DNA of 64,000 nt from Candidatus Pacearchaeota archaeon (GTDB lineage Archaea > Nanobdellota > Nanobdellia > Pacearchaeales > UBA284), in the NCBI GenBank assembly GCA_038895375.1, contig JAWANM010000001.1, positions 3,587-67,586 of the forward strand, in the 5' to 3' direction. Below the pieces are notes generated by a model. That model made no database searches and was not told the origin of the DNA. It saw nothing but the letters and a program-made list of their open reading frames with translations. Of the stretch, positions 26,809-36,345 are shown in pieces; position 1 is the stretch's first letter; the number at the start of each line of letters is the position of its first letter. The position numbers and the translations under genes are program-made.

Positions 26809-28611
26809 TTACTTTCCTTTTTCTATTATCTCTGGTCTTAAAATTTCTTTGTATAGATCTAAAACATAATCCGGAAAGCTAACATCTTCATCTCCTATTT
26901 TTTCTCCATACAACCATTCTCCAATTACCGAATAGCCCTCAACACAAACTATTCTTTCAAAATATTCTTTATCGTTTTTTGGCTTATAATGTTCTTCCCA
27001 TGCTTTGAGCCTTTCTATGAGTTTTTCTCTAGTTCTTTTCTGCGCTTCGGTCAGTTGCTCATCTTTCATAAATTTTCTCATAGCTTGCTCCACTTCTTTT
27101 TGCTTTCCTTTTTGCCTAAAAAAATGATGTAAAATTTCATGAACAAGAATAGTATCATCCAAACCTTGTCTTGTTATTTCTATGGTTGCTGAAGAAGAAT
27201 AATAAACACCACTATAATAAGGAATTTTAGCTCTTAGATCTGTAACCCGGATCTTAGAAGGAATTTTATGTATAACTTTTTCTTCAAACACTTCTCTTTT
27301 AACAGAATCTATCTCTTTTTTTAGAAAAATGGGAGCAATATCTATTACGACCATTCCTTCAGGAGCGGAAAAAATAGTTCTACCAACTATCTTTTCATCA
27401 ACTTTTATTTCGACTATTTTTCCTTTGGCTTCAATTTTTCTCACTAGAACCTCTCCTCTTTTGTGAAGGATGTCTTTCTTCTCATGAAGCCTATATACTT
27501 CTAGGAAACTTGGAGTAATTTTGGTTGGTTTACCATCATAGAATTCTATTTCTTCCCCATTTACAACAATTTGAAGATTGGCTTTGTCGCTAACCAACAA
27601 AGTTTTCGTTATTCTATCAAAGAAAACTGCTCCATTGTTTTTTAGCTCCTGGTCTTCAAATTCTTCGAGTGTTCTCACCGAAGATAAAAAATAAAAATTC
27701 TCGCCTTTAATTTTTGTTCCATCGATTTCGAGCTCGCCATCGATAATTTTAAGGTCGTCCCCTATTGAAAAAGAAAGAAATTTTCCATTCACGCTTTTAA
27801 TGTAACTCCTTGATTCCTTTACAGCTTCTGTGAATGGAAAAAGAATCATGCATCCTTTTTCAAAATTATTTAGCCCTCCAATCGCCTCAAAAACAACTTC
27901 TTTTTTTGGAATAAACTTGAAAGAATCGAATCCTTTCGATATCTCTATAGATTCTTTTGGGAAAAAAATAAATTTACTATGATTTATTTCAAAAAAGCCG
28001 CCTTTATTTAAGCTTATTCCTAAATTGCAAAAGGGCAAAAGTGTTCTGCTATTGTTACCAAGAATAGCTTTTAATCGAATCTCGCTAAGTTCGTCAAATT
28101 CCAACGGGCTAAAAAAGATATACTCTACATCGCTTTTATTGTTAATTTGTATGCTATAGCATATGTTATCCGTAAAATAATTTGAATCAAAAAGAAAGAT
28201 TTTTTTGAAATAAATTTTCAATCCTTTGTCTACCAAAACTGTTATATTTTGGTGTTGTATATCTATCACGCAATCAAAAAAATAAATTTTTTCAGAAGGT
28301 TCTGCATAATAATACAGAATTTCGAGTGTTGGTATGATGCGATCTATTTTTATTTCTGTACTAAAAAAACTTGTCTTAATTCTGGCTTCGCTAACGTTGA
28401 TCAAAATTATTCCATCTATTCCGCCTTCGATTTTGTCTACTTTTTCAATTTTTCCTTTAACTAAAAAATAATGACCACTAGAAAATTCTACTTTTTCACC
28501 ATTGCTATAGTTGCCATCATGATAAATGTCTTGTGCGAAAGTTTCCGTAAGGCTTGCTATAGCAAAAACTATCGCAATTAACAAAATTGTTTTATTCATT
28601 TTCGACGGCAA
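26809..28611 (-). CDS. Secreted 600-aa protein with C-terminal HExxH (putative zinc metallopeptidase) domain
   Basis: Signal peptide MNKTILLIAIVFAIASLTETFA. Beta-rich body. TILVHEILHHFF motif near the C-terminus. Confidence 0.45.
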   Translation of the reverse strand: MPSKMNKTILLIAIVFAIASLTETFAQDIYHDGNYSNGEKVEFSSGHYFLVKGKIEKVDKIEGGIDGIILINVSEARIKTSFFSTEIKIDRIIPTLEILYYYAEPSEKIYFFDCVIDIQHQNITVLVDKGLKIYFKKIFLFDSNYFTDNICYSIQINNKSDVEYIFFSPLEFDELSEIRLKAILGNNSRTLLPFCNLGISLNKGGFFEINHSKFIFFPKESIEISKGFDSFKFIPKKEVVFEAIGGLNNFEKGCMILFPFTEAVKESRSYIKSVNGKFLSFSIGDDLKIIDGELEIDGTKIKGENFYFLSSVRTLEEFEDQELKNNGAVFFDRITKTLLVSDKANLQIVVNGEEIEFYDGKPTKITPSFLEVYRLHEKKDILHKRGEVLVRKIEAKGKIVEIKVDEKIVGRTIFSAPEGMVVIDIAPIFLKKEIDSVKREVFEEKVIHKIPSKIRVTDLRAKIPYYSGVYYSSSATIEITRQGLDDTILVHEILHHFFRQKGKQKEVEQAMRKFMKDEQLTEAQKRTREKLIERLKAWEEHYKPKNDKEYFERIVCVEGYSVIGEWLYGEKIGDEDVSFPDYVLDLYKEILRPEIIEKGK

Positions 28612-29308
28612 AATAAAATTCCCATATTCTATTGTCTATCATCGTTGAATTGTCAGCAATTCTATAAATTATAGTATTTTCATCAAAAATTAGCGGACTT
28701 ATAATAACGCTATAGTTTTTTTGCAAATCGAATAGAAGCTCCAAGTTGATTTTTCCAGGATCTGCCTTAACATTTTCTGCAATTGTCTTGCTTATGTTTA
28801 GCATCTTATCAAAATCTATATTTTTTCTTTCATAATAAACTTCAAACAAGGTTTGTTCCTCGCCTTTTTTCATTTTTACAGGAATTGCTACTTTTATCAA
28901 ATTGTTCAACTCTATTTTAGGATCGCTCATTTGCAGTTCGAATCTGCTAAAATTTGATTCTATTGCTAGAATCCTTCCGGTAATTTCTTTTTTTATTTCT
29001 TCTTTCACGCGATTTGAAGAAGGGACTATGACTTTTTTGTTATAATAATAATATGGAATAAAATGAAATTGCATTTGTAAGAACTTTTCAGATTTCTCGC
29101 TATAACCTCCTTGTAATCCTAGCAATAGCAACGCACCGTCGACTTCGTAAGCCAGCCTTTCTTGTAAAAAGTTTTTTGCTAAAGTAATTTCTTCGGAAAG
29201 AGTTTTGGTTTTGGAATGACTTCTATAAACGAACCACCCAATAAGACCGGCAATAACAATTGAAATTGCAATTACAATGAATAACGTAACTTGGCCTCTT
29301 TTTTTCAT
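28592..29308 (-). CDS. Membrane-anchored hypothetical protein (N-terminal TM); 20-nt overlap with downstream HExxH gene
   Basis: MKKRGQVTLFIVIAISIVIAGLIGWFVY. Confidence 0.4.
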   Translation of the reverse strand: MKKRGQVTLFIVIAISIVIAGLIGWFVYRSHSKTKTLSEEITLAKNFLQERLAYEVDGALLLLGLQGGYSEKSEKFLQMQFHFIPYYYYNKKVIVPSSNRVKEEIKKEITGRILAIESNFSRFELQMSDPKIELNNLIKVAIPVKMKKGEEQTLFEVYYERKNIDFDKMLNISKTIAENVKADPGKINLELLFDLQKNYSVIISPLIFDENTIIYRIADNSTMIDNRIWEFYFAVENE

Positions 29309-29388
29309 AATAATTAAAAATCAAAATATATTTAAATTTTTTATTACTCGATTGAAATATTTAAATTTGCTAAAAGATTTTAGTTAAG

Positions 29389-30111
29389 ATGACAAAGACA
29401 GAAGCGCTTTACCTTGAAGACAGTTATTTGAAAGAATGGCAAGCACAAGTTGTTGAAGTTTTTGGAGACAAACAACAGTTTGTTGTTCTAGATAAAACAG
29501 CTTTTTACCCAAAAGGCGGTGGTCAGCTTAACGACAAAGGCAAAATTATTCGTGACAACAATGAAGAATTTGAAGTGATTAATGTAGAGAATTCAAACGG
29601 CAAAATAGTTCACGAAGTAAATAAGCCAGGGCTTAAAGTAGGAGACAAAGTTTTCTGCATTTTAGATTGGCAACGTAGGTATAAAATGATGAGAATGCAT
29701 ACGGCTGCACACATTATTTCAGGTATAATCGAACAAGAATCTGGAGCACTTATTTCTGGAAATCAACTAGACTTGGATAAAAGTAGAATTGATTTTAATC
29801 TTGAAATTTTCGACAAAGAAAAATTAAAAGAATATATAGAGAAAGCAAACGAGATTGTTTCAAAAGATTTGAAAGTAAAAATTTATTTTTTGCCTTATGA
29901 TGAGGCAATTAAACAAAAAGAACTTTTCAAATTGCTAAAAGGTTTCGATAAAGTAGTAGAGCAAATCAGAATTGTTGAAATCGAAGGATTTCAAAAGCAA
30001 GCGGATGGCGGAACACATGTTGCTAAAACAAGCGAAGTCGGAAAAATAATTTTTCTCGGAGCAGAAAACAAAGGGGCGAAAAAAAGAAGAATTTATTTTA
30101 CAGTTGAATAG
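29389..30111 (+). CDS. alaX: Alanyl-tRNA editing protein AlaX (AlaX-M type)
   Basis: TAFYPKGGGQLND N-domain. HTAAHII (HxxxH). QADGGTHV (second zinc motif, with Asp where Cys is usual). Confidence 0.7.
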   Translation: MTKTEALYLEDSYLKEWQAQVVEVFGDKQQFVVLDKTAFYPKGGGQLNDKGKIIRDNNEEFEVINVENSNGKIVHEVNKPGLKVGDKVFCILDWQRRYKMMRMHTAAHIISGIIEQESGALISGNQLDLDKSRIDFNLEIFDKEKLKEYIEKANEIVSKDLKVKIYFLPYDEAIKQKELFKLLKGFDKVVEQIRIVEIEGFQKQADGGTHVAKTSEVGKIIFLGAENKGAKKRRIYFTVE

Positions 30112-30186
30112 ATTAAAAAATTTTCTATTTAAAAGAATAAAAGAGGGTCGGATTCAGAAGAACTTAAAAAGGTCTTTTAACTATTA

Positions 30187-31656
30187 TTGAATATAAAAAC
30201 AAACATAAAAATGGAAAAAGATCAAAAGCAAGAAAAGAGAAAGGATCTAGGGCTGAAAGCCAAAAAAGAAGAAGCCGAATGGTTTGCTGAATTGCTACAA
30301 AAAGCAGAACTAATTTCTTATACCCAAGTTTCGGGATGTTATGTTTTAAGACCGAGAGCTTATGCTATTTGGGAACAAGTTCAAAAATATCTTGATGAGA
30401 AACTAAAGAAGGATGGTGTAAAAAATGTTTATTTTCCTTTGTTAATTCCAGAATCGCTTCTAAAAAAAGAACAACAACACGTCAAGGGATTTGAGCCAGA
30501 AGTTGCCTGGGTAACAGAACACGGCAAGAAAAAATTTGAAGAAAAACTTGCAATCAGGCCGACCTCGGAAACTATAATGTATGCAAGCTATGCTAAATGG
30601 ATTCGTTCGTGGCGCGATCTTCCGTTAAGGCTTAATCAATGGTGTAATGTAATTAGATGGGAATTCAAAAACCCAATTCCTTTGATAAGATCGAGAGAGT
30701 TTTTATGGCAAGAAGGGCACTCTTGTTTTGCGAGCAAAGAAGAAGCTGAAAAAGAGGCTGCAAAAATTTTAGATATTTATGCTAAAACTTATGAAGAAAT
30801 GTACGCCGTGCCTGTAATCAAAGGCAGAAAAACAGAAAAAGAGAAATTTCCTGGAGCTGAAAGAACTTTAACTTTAGAAGTTTTCTTGCCTTCTGGGAAA
30901 GCGGCACAGGCTTGTACTGTTCATAACTTGGGACAGAACTTTGCAAAAGTTTTCAACATTAAATTTAGAGACAAAGACGAGAAAGAAAAGTATGTATGGC
31001 AAAACTCGTGGGGCCTTTCGACGAGAAGCATGGGTATAGCAATAATGATGCATTCTGATGATAAAGGCCTTGTTTTGTCGCCAAAAGTAGCAGATCCTCA
31101 AATTGTTATCGTTCCTATTTTCAAGGAAGAGGAAAAAACGAAAGTAATAGAAGAAGCCGAAAAAATAAAGCAAGAATTGAAAGAGTTTAGAGTCGAACTC
31201 GACACCAGGGCTTTTACACCGGGCTATAAGTTTAATGATTGGGAAATGAAGGGAGTTCCACTCAGAATTGAAATAGGTCCAAAAGACTTGAAAGCTAAAC
31301 AAGTTGTTCTTGCAAGGCGCGACTCTGGAAAGAAAGAAGTTGTAAAAAGAAATAAACTAAAAAAGAAAATTTCTGAAGTTTTAGAAGACATTCACAATTC
31401 GCTTTACAAAAAAGCTGAAGACTTTCTAAAAAAAAGCATTGTTAGAGTTTCCAAAATGGATAAGTTGATTGAAGCCATAAAGAATAAAAAACTTGCCAAA
31501 ACAGAATTTTGTGGCGCGCAGGAATGTGAGGACTGGATTAAAGCAAAAACTCAAGGAGCCAAAATAATTTGTATTGTAGAAGAAAAAGCCAAGGGAAAAT
31601 GTGTTTATTGCAATAAAGTTGCAAATCACGTTGTTTATATAGCAAAAAGTTATTGA
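30187..31656 (+). CDS. proS: Prolyl-tRNA synthetase (archaeal/eukaryotic type)
   Basis: EWFAELLQKAELISYTQVSGCYVLRPRAYAIWEQV..IRPTSETIMYASYAKWIRSWRDLPLRLNQWCNVIRWE. Start may be the internal Met at 30211. Confidence 0.85.
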   Translation: MNIKTNIKMEKDQKQEKRKDLGLKAKKEEAEWFAELLQKAELISYTQVSGCYVLRPRAYAIWEQVQKYLDEKLKKDGVKNVYFPLLIPESLLKKEQQHVKGFEPEVAWVTEHGKKKFEEKLAIRPTSETIMYASYAKWIRSWRDLPLRLNQWCNVIRWEFKNPIPLIRSREFLWQEGHSCFASKEEAEKEAAKILDIYAKTYEEMYAVPVIKGRKTEKEKFPGAERTLTLEVFLPSGKAAQACTVHNLGQNFAKVFNIKFRDKDEKEKYVWQNSWGLSTRSMGIAIMMHSDDKGLVLSPKVADPQIVIVPIFKEEEKTKVIEEAEKIKQELKEFRVELDTRAFTPGYKFNDWEMKGVPLRIEIGPKDLKAKQVVLARRDSGKKEVVKRNKLKKKISEVLEDIHNSLYKKAEDFLKKSIVRVSKMDKLIEAIKNKKLAKTEFCGAQECEDWIKAKTQGAKIICIVEEKAKGKCVYCNKVANHVVYIAKSY

Positions 31657-31758
31657 AACTCAAGTAAATTATTTTTTATTTGCGCTTTCCATAAGCTTCC
31701 TGCAAGTATTGATGGTAATAGCTTAATACAATAACCTAAAAAATTTTAAAGATTGAAA

Positions 31759-31974
31759 CTATTCTTCGTTTTCTTCAATTTCTTCGGCTTTCTCCATTTT
31801 TTCTTCAGGCTTTTTTCTTGTTATGCCTTTCTTTTTCATGAAGCACTCGCTGCAATAAACCGGTGTACCTTCCCTAGGCTTAAATGGAACTTCTGCTTCT
31901 TTACCGCATTCGCTGCAAGTAATTTTGTGCATTCTCCTGAAATTTCGAAAGCCTCGTCTAAAAGCAAACGGCAT
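31759..31974 (-). CDS. Small zinc-ribbon protein (CxxC...CxxC) with acidic tail
   Basis: CSECGKEAEVPFKPREGTPVYCSEC. Confidence 0.45.
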   Translation of the reverse strand: MPFAFRRGFRNFRRMHKITCSECGKEAEVPFKPREGTPVYCSECFMKKKGITRKKPEEKMEKAEEIEENEE

Positions 31975-32125
31975 TTCAAAAAACCTCCTATTTATTTTTT
32001 AAATTCCATAAGAAGTCTTGACCCTCCTTATCTTGCTCTAACCTCAATATAGTTTATAAATCTTTTGTTCATGCTCTTGGCTTCGATTCAAAAAAAAATT
32101 TAAAGATGGTTTTTTATAATCAACA

Positions 32126-32728
32126 ATGGAAAAAGTTATAGCACAGGGAGCAGAAGCAATTCTTTTAAGGAAAAACAAATCACTTGAAAAAAAGCGTATT
32201 AAAAAAAGTTACAGACATAAAGAGCTAGATCTTTTTTTGCGAGCCTCCAGAACAAGACGCGAGGCAAGACTGCTAGAAAAAGCCGCAAGTCTTATTCCCG
32301 TACCGAAAATCAAAAAATTAAGGAAGTTTGAAATAGAAATGGAATTTCTTGAAGGAAAAAAGCTGAGCGAATGGCTGGACAAGTTTCCGAAGGAAAAAGC
32401 ATTCGAAATTTGCAACGAAATCGGCATGAATATAGCAAAATTGCATGCAAACAATATTATCCATGGAGACTTAACAACTAGCAACATGATTTATAAAGAC
32501 GGTAAAGTTTATTTTATCGATTTCGGTCTCGGCTTTCATTCAAGCAGAGTAGAAGACAAAGCTGTCGATCTATACTTGCTAAAACAAGCATTGAAATCGA
32601 AACATTTTAAAAGCTGGAATAACTATTTTGAAGAGGTGATAAAAGGATATAAATGGCAAGGTTCAGAACAAGTTTTAAAACAGCTAGAAAAAGTTGAGAA
32701 GAGAGGAAGATACAAAGGAAAAAAATAA
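32126..32728 (+). CDS. bud32: KEOPS complex kinase Bud32 (Kae1-associated, RIO-like)
   Basis: IAQGAEAILL..RTRREARLLEKAA..NIIHGDLTTSNMIYKDGKVYFIDFGLG. Confidence 0.8.
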   Translation: MEKVIAQGAEAILLRKNKSLEKKRIKKSYRHKELDLFLRASRTRREARLLEKAASLIPVPKIKKLRKFEIEMEFLEGKKLSEWLDKFPKEKAFEICNEIGMNIAKLHANNIIHGDLTTSNMIYKDGKVYFIDFGLGFHSSRVEDKAVDLYLLKQALKSKHFKSWNNYFEEVIKGYKWQGSEQVLKQLEKVEKRGRYKGKK

Positions 32729-32778
32729 AAATGTTATCAAACATGCTTAAAAGAAAAATAAAAAATAAAAATTAGCAA

Positions 32779-33477
32779 ATGAAAGTTGCAATTTTATTTT
32801 CTGGAGGAAAAGATAGCGTTTATGCTATAGAGTACGCTATGCAAAGAGGCTGGAAAATCAAATATTTATTGTCTTTCAAACCTAACAGAACGGACTGCTA
32901 TTTGTTTCATTTTGCCGGCGTTGAGGCAACACCAAAAATTGCCAATGCAATCGGGCTTAAACATATATATGCTGCTTGCGATGTAGCAGATCCTGAAAAG
33001 GAAGCAGAATTGGTTCGTAAAATCGTTTCTAAAAATCGCGTTGACGCTTTAATTCTAGGCGGTGTCGGACTTCAAGAAACACAACTGCGCGCATTACAGC
33101 ATGCCTTGATGCCTTTAAGAATAGAAGTTTTTGCTTCGCATGCAGGCTATGATCATGAAGAAATCATGCAAGAGATGATAAAAAAAGGTTACGACATAAG
33201 GATTTCTCAATTTGCAGTCGAAGGCCTAGGAATGGAATGGCTAGGGAAAAAGTTGGACGAGCAAGCATTCGAAGATTTAAAAACAAGAGCACAGAAATTT
33301 GGATTTCATGTTGGCGGTGAAGGAGGTCATTACGATACTATAGTGTTGGATGGACCTATATTCAAGAAAAAACTACACATCGAAGCCGAAAAAGTTGAAG
33401 AATCCGAATACAGCGGATACATTAAAATCAAGAATGCAGAGCTTATAGAGAAAAGCGAGATAAAATGGGTCGTATAA
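32779..33477 (+). CDS. dph6: Diphthine-ammonia ligase-like PP-loop ATPase (Dph6/MJ0570 family)
   Basis: MKVAILFSGGKDSVYAIEYA PP-loop. ~230 aa MJ0570-type. Confidence 0.6.
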   Translation: MKVAILFSGGKDSVYAIEYAMQRGWKIKYLLSFKPNRTDCYLFHFAGVEATPKIANAIGLKHIYAACDVADPEKEAELVRKIVSKNRVDALILGGVGLQETQLRALQHALMPLRIEVFASHAGYDHEEIMQEMIKKGYDIRISQFAVEGLGMEWLGKKLDEQAFEDLKTRAQKFGFHVGGEGGHYDTIVLDGPIFKKKLHIEAEKVEESEYSGYIKIKNAELIEKSEIKWVV

Positions 33478-33647
33478 AGTCGCTGGTTATAAAAAAAACT
33501 GCAAAAAAACTTTTTGAAGAACACGCGGATCTTTTCACAGACAAATTCGAAGAAAATAAGCAAATAATTCAGAAACTTGTAGAGTGCGATAAAAAAACAA
33601 GAAACAAAATTGCAGGCTATATAACAAAACTAAAAAAGCAAAAATAA
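33465..33647 (+). CDS. rps17e: Ribosomal protein S17e
   Basis: MGRIKSLVIKKTAKKLFEEHADLFTDKFEENK...RNKIAGYITKL. Confidence 0.8.
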   Translation: MGRIKSLVIKKTAKKLFEEHADLFTDKFEENKQIIQKLVECDKKTRNKIAGYITKLKKQK

Positions 33648-33727
33648 ATAAAAAGCAGAAAAGCGATCATGCTAAGCGATTGCTTAGGACAAAAACAAAA
33701 AATAAAATAAAGTTGTGGAGGTAAAAA

Positions 33728-34018
33728 ATGGCAGAAAAAGATGAGAATGTGGTTTTTATAGGAGGCAAACCATTTATGAACTACGTGACAGGAGTTGTAA
33801 TGCAGTTTACAACAAAAGGAGCGAAAGAAGTGACAATAAAAGCAAGAGGGAAGTTTATCAGTAGAGCAGTAGACGTAGCAGAAGTTGCAACAAAAAGATT
33901 CTTGAAGGATTTCGGAGTTTCGGTGAAAGACATAAAAATTAACAGCGAAGAATTTGAAAACAAAGAAGGCAAAAAAGTGAACGTAAGCACAATCGACATA
34001 GTTTTGGCAAAGAAGTAA
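33728..34018 (+). CDS. albA: DNA/RNA-binding protein Alba
   Basis: [43 protein letters not shown]-rich terminator follows (34044-34078). Confidence 0.85.
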   Translation: MAEKDENVVFIGGKPFMNYVTGVVMQFTTKGAKEVTIKARGKFISRAVDVAEVATKRFLKDFGVSVKDIKINSEEFENKEGKKVNVSTIDIVLAKK

Positions 34019-34178
34019 AGCAACAACACCAAGGATAGTAGCTTTGGTTTTTTATTTTTTCTTTTTTCTTTTTTATTAGTCAAGCTTGATTTTAAAATCG
34101 TAAAAAGATTGCTTAAAGATTCTCATTGCTCTTCAGAAAGAGCGTAACTTTTAAAATGATAGAGTTCTTTTAAATTTT

Positions 34179-34252
34179 GGCTGTGTAACTCAGTTGGTTA
34201 GAGTGCCGCTCTCATAAGGCGGATGTCGAGGGTTCGAATCCCTCCACAGCCA
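34179..34252 (+). tRNA. tRNA-Met (anticodon CAT; elongator Met or Ile2)
   Basis: Acceptor GGCTGTG/CACAGCC. D-stem ACTC/GAGT. Anticodon stem CCGCT/GGCGG, loop CTCATAA. T-arm GAGGG-TTCGAAT-CCCTC. Confidence 0.8.
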
Positions 34253-34261
34253 TAAGCAAAG

Positions 34262-34915
34262 ATGAAAAAATTAATGCTTATCTTGTTATTGCTTATCCTT
34301 TTTACTTCTGGCTGCATAACGCAACAAACAACAAAGCAAGAAGAAAAGACAACACTGGAAAAGGCGATTGTTACAAAAATTATCGATGGCGACACAATCG
34401 TTATTCAAGGAGGAAAACATGTAAGATTGTTAGGAATAGATGCTCCAGAAAAAGGCAAGCCATATTATTTTGAGGCTAAAAATTATTTAGAAAGCAAGCT
34501 ATACTTGAAAGAAGTTCTTCTAGAATCGGATGTTGAAAATGAAGACCAGTACGGCAGGCTTTTAAGATGGGTATGGTTCAACGACTCGCTTATTAATGTC
34601 GAGCTCGTGGAAAATGGTCTGGCCATCGCAAGCTTCTATAAAGATATGAAATATAAACAAGCAATTATCGAAGCAGAAAAATTTGCTTCTGAAAATAAAA
34701 TCGGCTTATGGTCTTTGTCAAAATCAAACACAGACGCTTGTGTCGCTCTCGGATGTCCCGAAGGGACTGTTTTTGTAGCTTCAAAGAATTCCAAAAAGTA
34801 CCATAGATGCGATTGCAAATGGGCAAAAAAGATCAAGCCAGAAAATCTTTTATGTTTCAAAAGCAAAGAAGAAGCTGAAAAAGATCACGAACCTTGCTCG
34901 AGTTGCAACTTTTAA
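34262..34915 (+). CDS. Secreted staphylococcal-nuclease-like (thermonuclease) lipoprotein-type protein with Cys-rich C-terminal extension
   Basis: Signal ending LFTSGC. IIDGDTIVIQGGKHVRLLGIDAPE (SNase active-site region). C-terminus ACVALGCPEG..YHRCDCKW..EPCSSCN. Confidence 0.75.
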   Translation: MKKLMLILLLLILFTSGCITQQTTKQEEKTTLEKAIVTKIIDGDTIVIQGGKHVRLLGIDAPEKGKPYYFEAKNYLESKLYLKEVLLESDVENEDQYGRLLRWVWFNDSLINVELVENGLAIASFYKDMKYKQAIIEAEKFASENKIGLWSLSKSNTDACVALGCPEGTVFVASKNSKKYHRCDCKWAKKIKPENLLCFKSKEEAEKDHEPCSSCNF

Positions 34916-34938
34916 TTTTTCATAAGTCGATATTTTTC

Positions 34939-35011
34939 ATGCCCCTTCTGGGAGTCGAACCCAGATCTCAGCCTCCGCAGGGCTGCATTCTATCCTGTTA
35001 AACTAAAGGGG
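34939..35011 (-). tRNA. tRNA-Arg (anticodon GCG)
   Basis: Minus strand: acceptor GCCCCTT/AAGGGGC. Anticodon stem CAGCC/GGCTG, loop CTGCGGA. T-arm CTGGG-TTCGACT-CCCAG. Confidence 0.75.
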
Positions 35012-35064
35012 CTAAGAAAAAAAGGCTTCGAGACTTTTATAGTTTTTGTTATTTTCTCTTGACC

Positions 35065-36279
35065 TTAAATCAACTTTTTTTGCTTATCCGACTCGAGAAT
35101 TAATTCACCATATTTGCCATCATAACCCGGCTTAACTTTAATCTTTGCTTCTCTATTTTTTATAATTGCATTTGCAATTTTTTCAGAGGTTACTTTTACA
35201 AGTTCATTAAAAGGAACATTCAAAAGAATGTTGAATTCGTTTTCAAATGCTTTGATTAAAGCGTTGTACTCTCGCCAAACTTTTTTTGTTGTTAGCGTTG
35301 ACTGCATTATTGTTGAAATCAACTCATGTAAAGGCAACAAAGTTTTGAAAGGCCTTGCATTTTGTGGCTTGAAGCCTTCTTCGCGATCTGCCAGTTCTTC
35401 GACGCGATGCAAGACGCCTATCGTCAAAGGTTTTTTGCATACGGGACATTTGTTATTAAGCTTTACTGCTTCTTCCGGAGAGCAAGAAAATTTACAGAAT
35501 CTATGACCATCGAAGTGATACTTGCCATAAGCAGGAGGCGTTTCTATTGTAAAAGCAATTTTCTTTTCCCTTATCGATTCGATTATTTCTTTATAAGTTA
35601 ATTTCTTTAGCTCAAAAACAGTGGCTTCTCGACCGAGACGCCAAGGCCAATAGCTATGCGAATCTGAAAAAGAAACAATAGCATATTTATCAAGCATGCT
35701 CAAACGCCAATTCATTGCAGGATCTGAAGACATGCCCGTTTCGAATGCATGAATGTAGTTTGTTTTATCTTGAAAAGCTTCTTCCATGCTATTGAAGCCT
35801 GTTGCAGAACCGAAGATTCCAAACCAAGACGTCCATACATGGGCCGGAATTATTTCTATGTCTTTAGAAATGCTCATCATTTGTTCGACAAATTCATAGC
35901 AGGGAATATTGAAAATGGGTCTTCCGTCATAATCGACTCTACCATGTTTTCTTAGATAATCTGTAATTTGTTCGACAATCTCAAAACTAGGAGCTAACAA
36001 AACAAGATGGACCCTTCTCTCTTTATTGTTTTGCTCATAAATTAAAGATACTTCATTTTGTAACAGAAAATGAAATCCTGTTTTTGTTTCTAGAATTCCT
36101 TCTTGCTCTTGCAATTCTCTTTTCAACTCTTTGAACCATTCTGGATGTGAAAAATCGCCAGTGCCAAGCAAATCTAAACCTTTGATTCTGGCCCACTTTT
36201 CTAGATTCGCGATTGTAATATCATGCGAGGTTGCTCTGCTAAATCTTGAATGAATATGCAAATCAGCTATACATTGCAT
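35065..36279 (-). CDS. endQ: Endonuclease Q (PHP-domain 5' endonuclease for deaminated bases)
   Basis: MQCIADLHIHSRFSRATSHDITIANLEKWARIKGLDLLGTGDFSHPEW PHP N-terminus. C-terminal zinc finger CPVCKKPLTIGVLHRVEEL. ~400 aa as in Pyrococcus EndoQ. Confidence 0.65.
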   Translation of the reverse strand: MQCIADLHIHSRFSRATSHDITIANLEKWARIKGLDLLGTGDFSHPEWFKELKRELQEQEGILETKTGFHFLLQNEVSLIYEQNNKERRVHLVLLAPSFEIVEQITDYLRKHGRVDYDGRPIFNIPCYEFVEQMMSISKDIEIIPAHVWTSWFGIFGSATGFNSMEEAFQDKTNYIHAFETGMSSDPAMNWRLSMLDKYAIVSFSDSHSYWPWRLGREATVFELKKLTYKEIIESIREKKIAFTIETPPAYGKYHFDGHRFCKFSCSPEEAVKLNNKCPVCKKPLTIGVLHRVEELADREEGFKPQNARPFKTLLPLHELISTIMQSTLTTKKVWREYNALIKAFENEFNILLNVPFNELVKVTSEKIANAIIKNREAKIKVKPGYDGKYGELILESDKQKKLI

Positions 36280-36345
36280 TTTTGAATTTCAATATATACT
36301 TTTCACGATAAATTTGTTTAAATATTATTTGGTCTTTTATAGACC

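Noticed and set aside
30874-31302. 142-aa minus-strand ORF inside proS and the similar antisense ORFs inside the secY, r-protein and giant protease genes
   Set aside because: Antisense to high-confidence genes with F/L/Y/N-rich low-complexity translations typical of AT-rich shadow ORFs.
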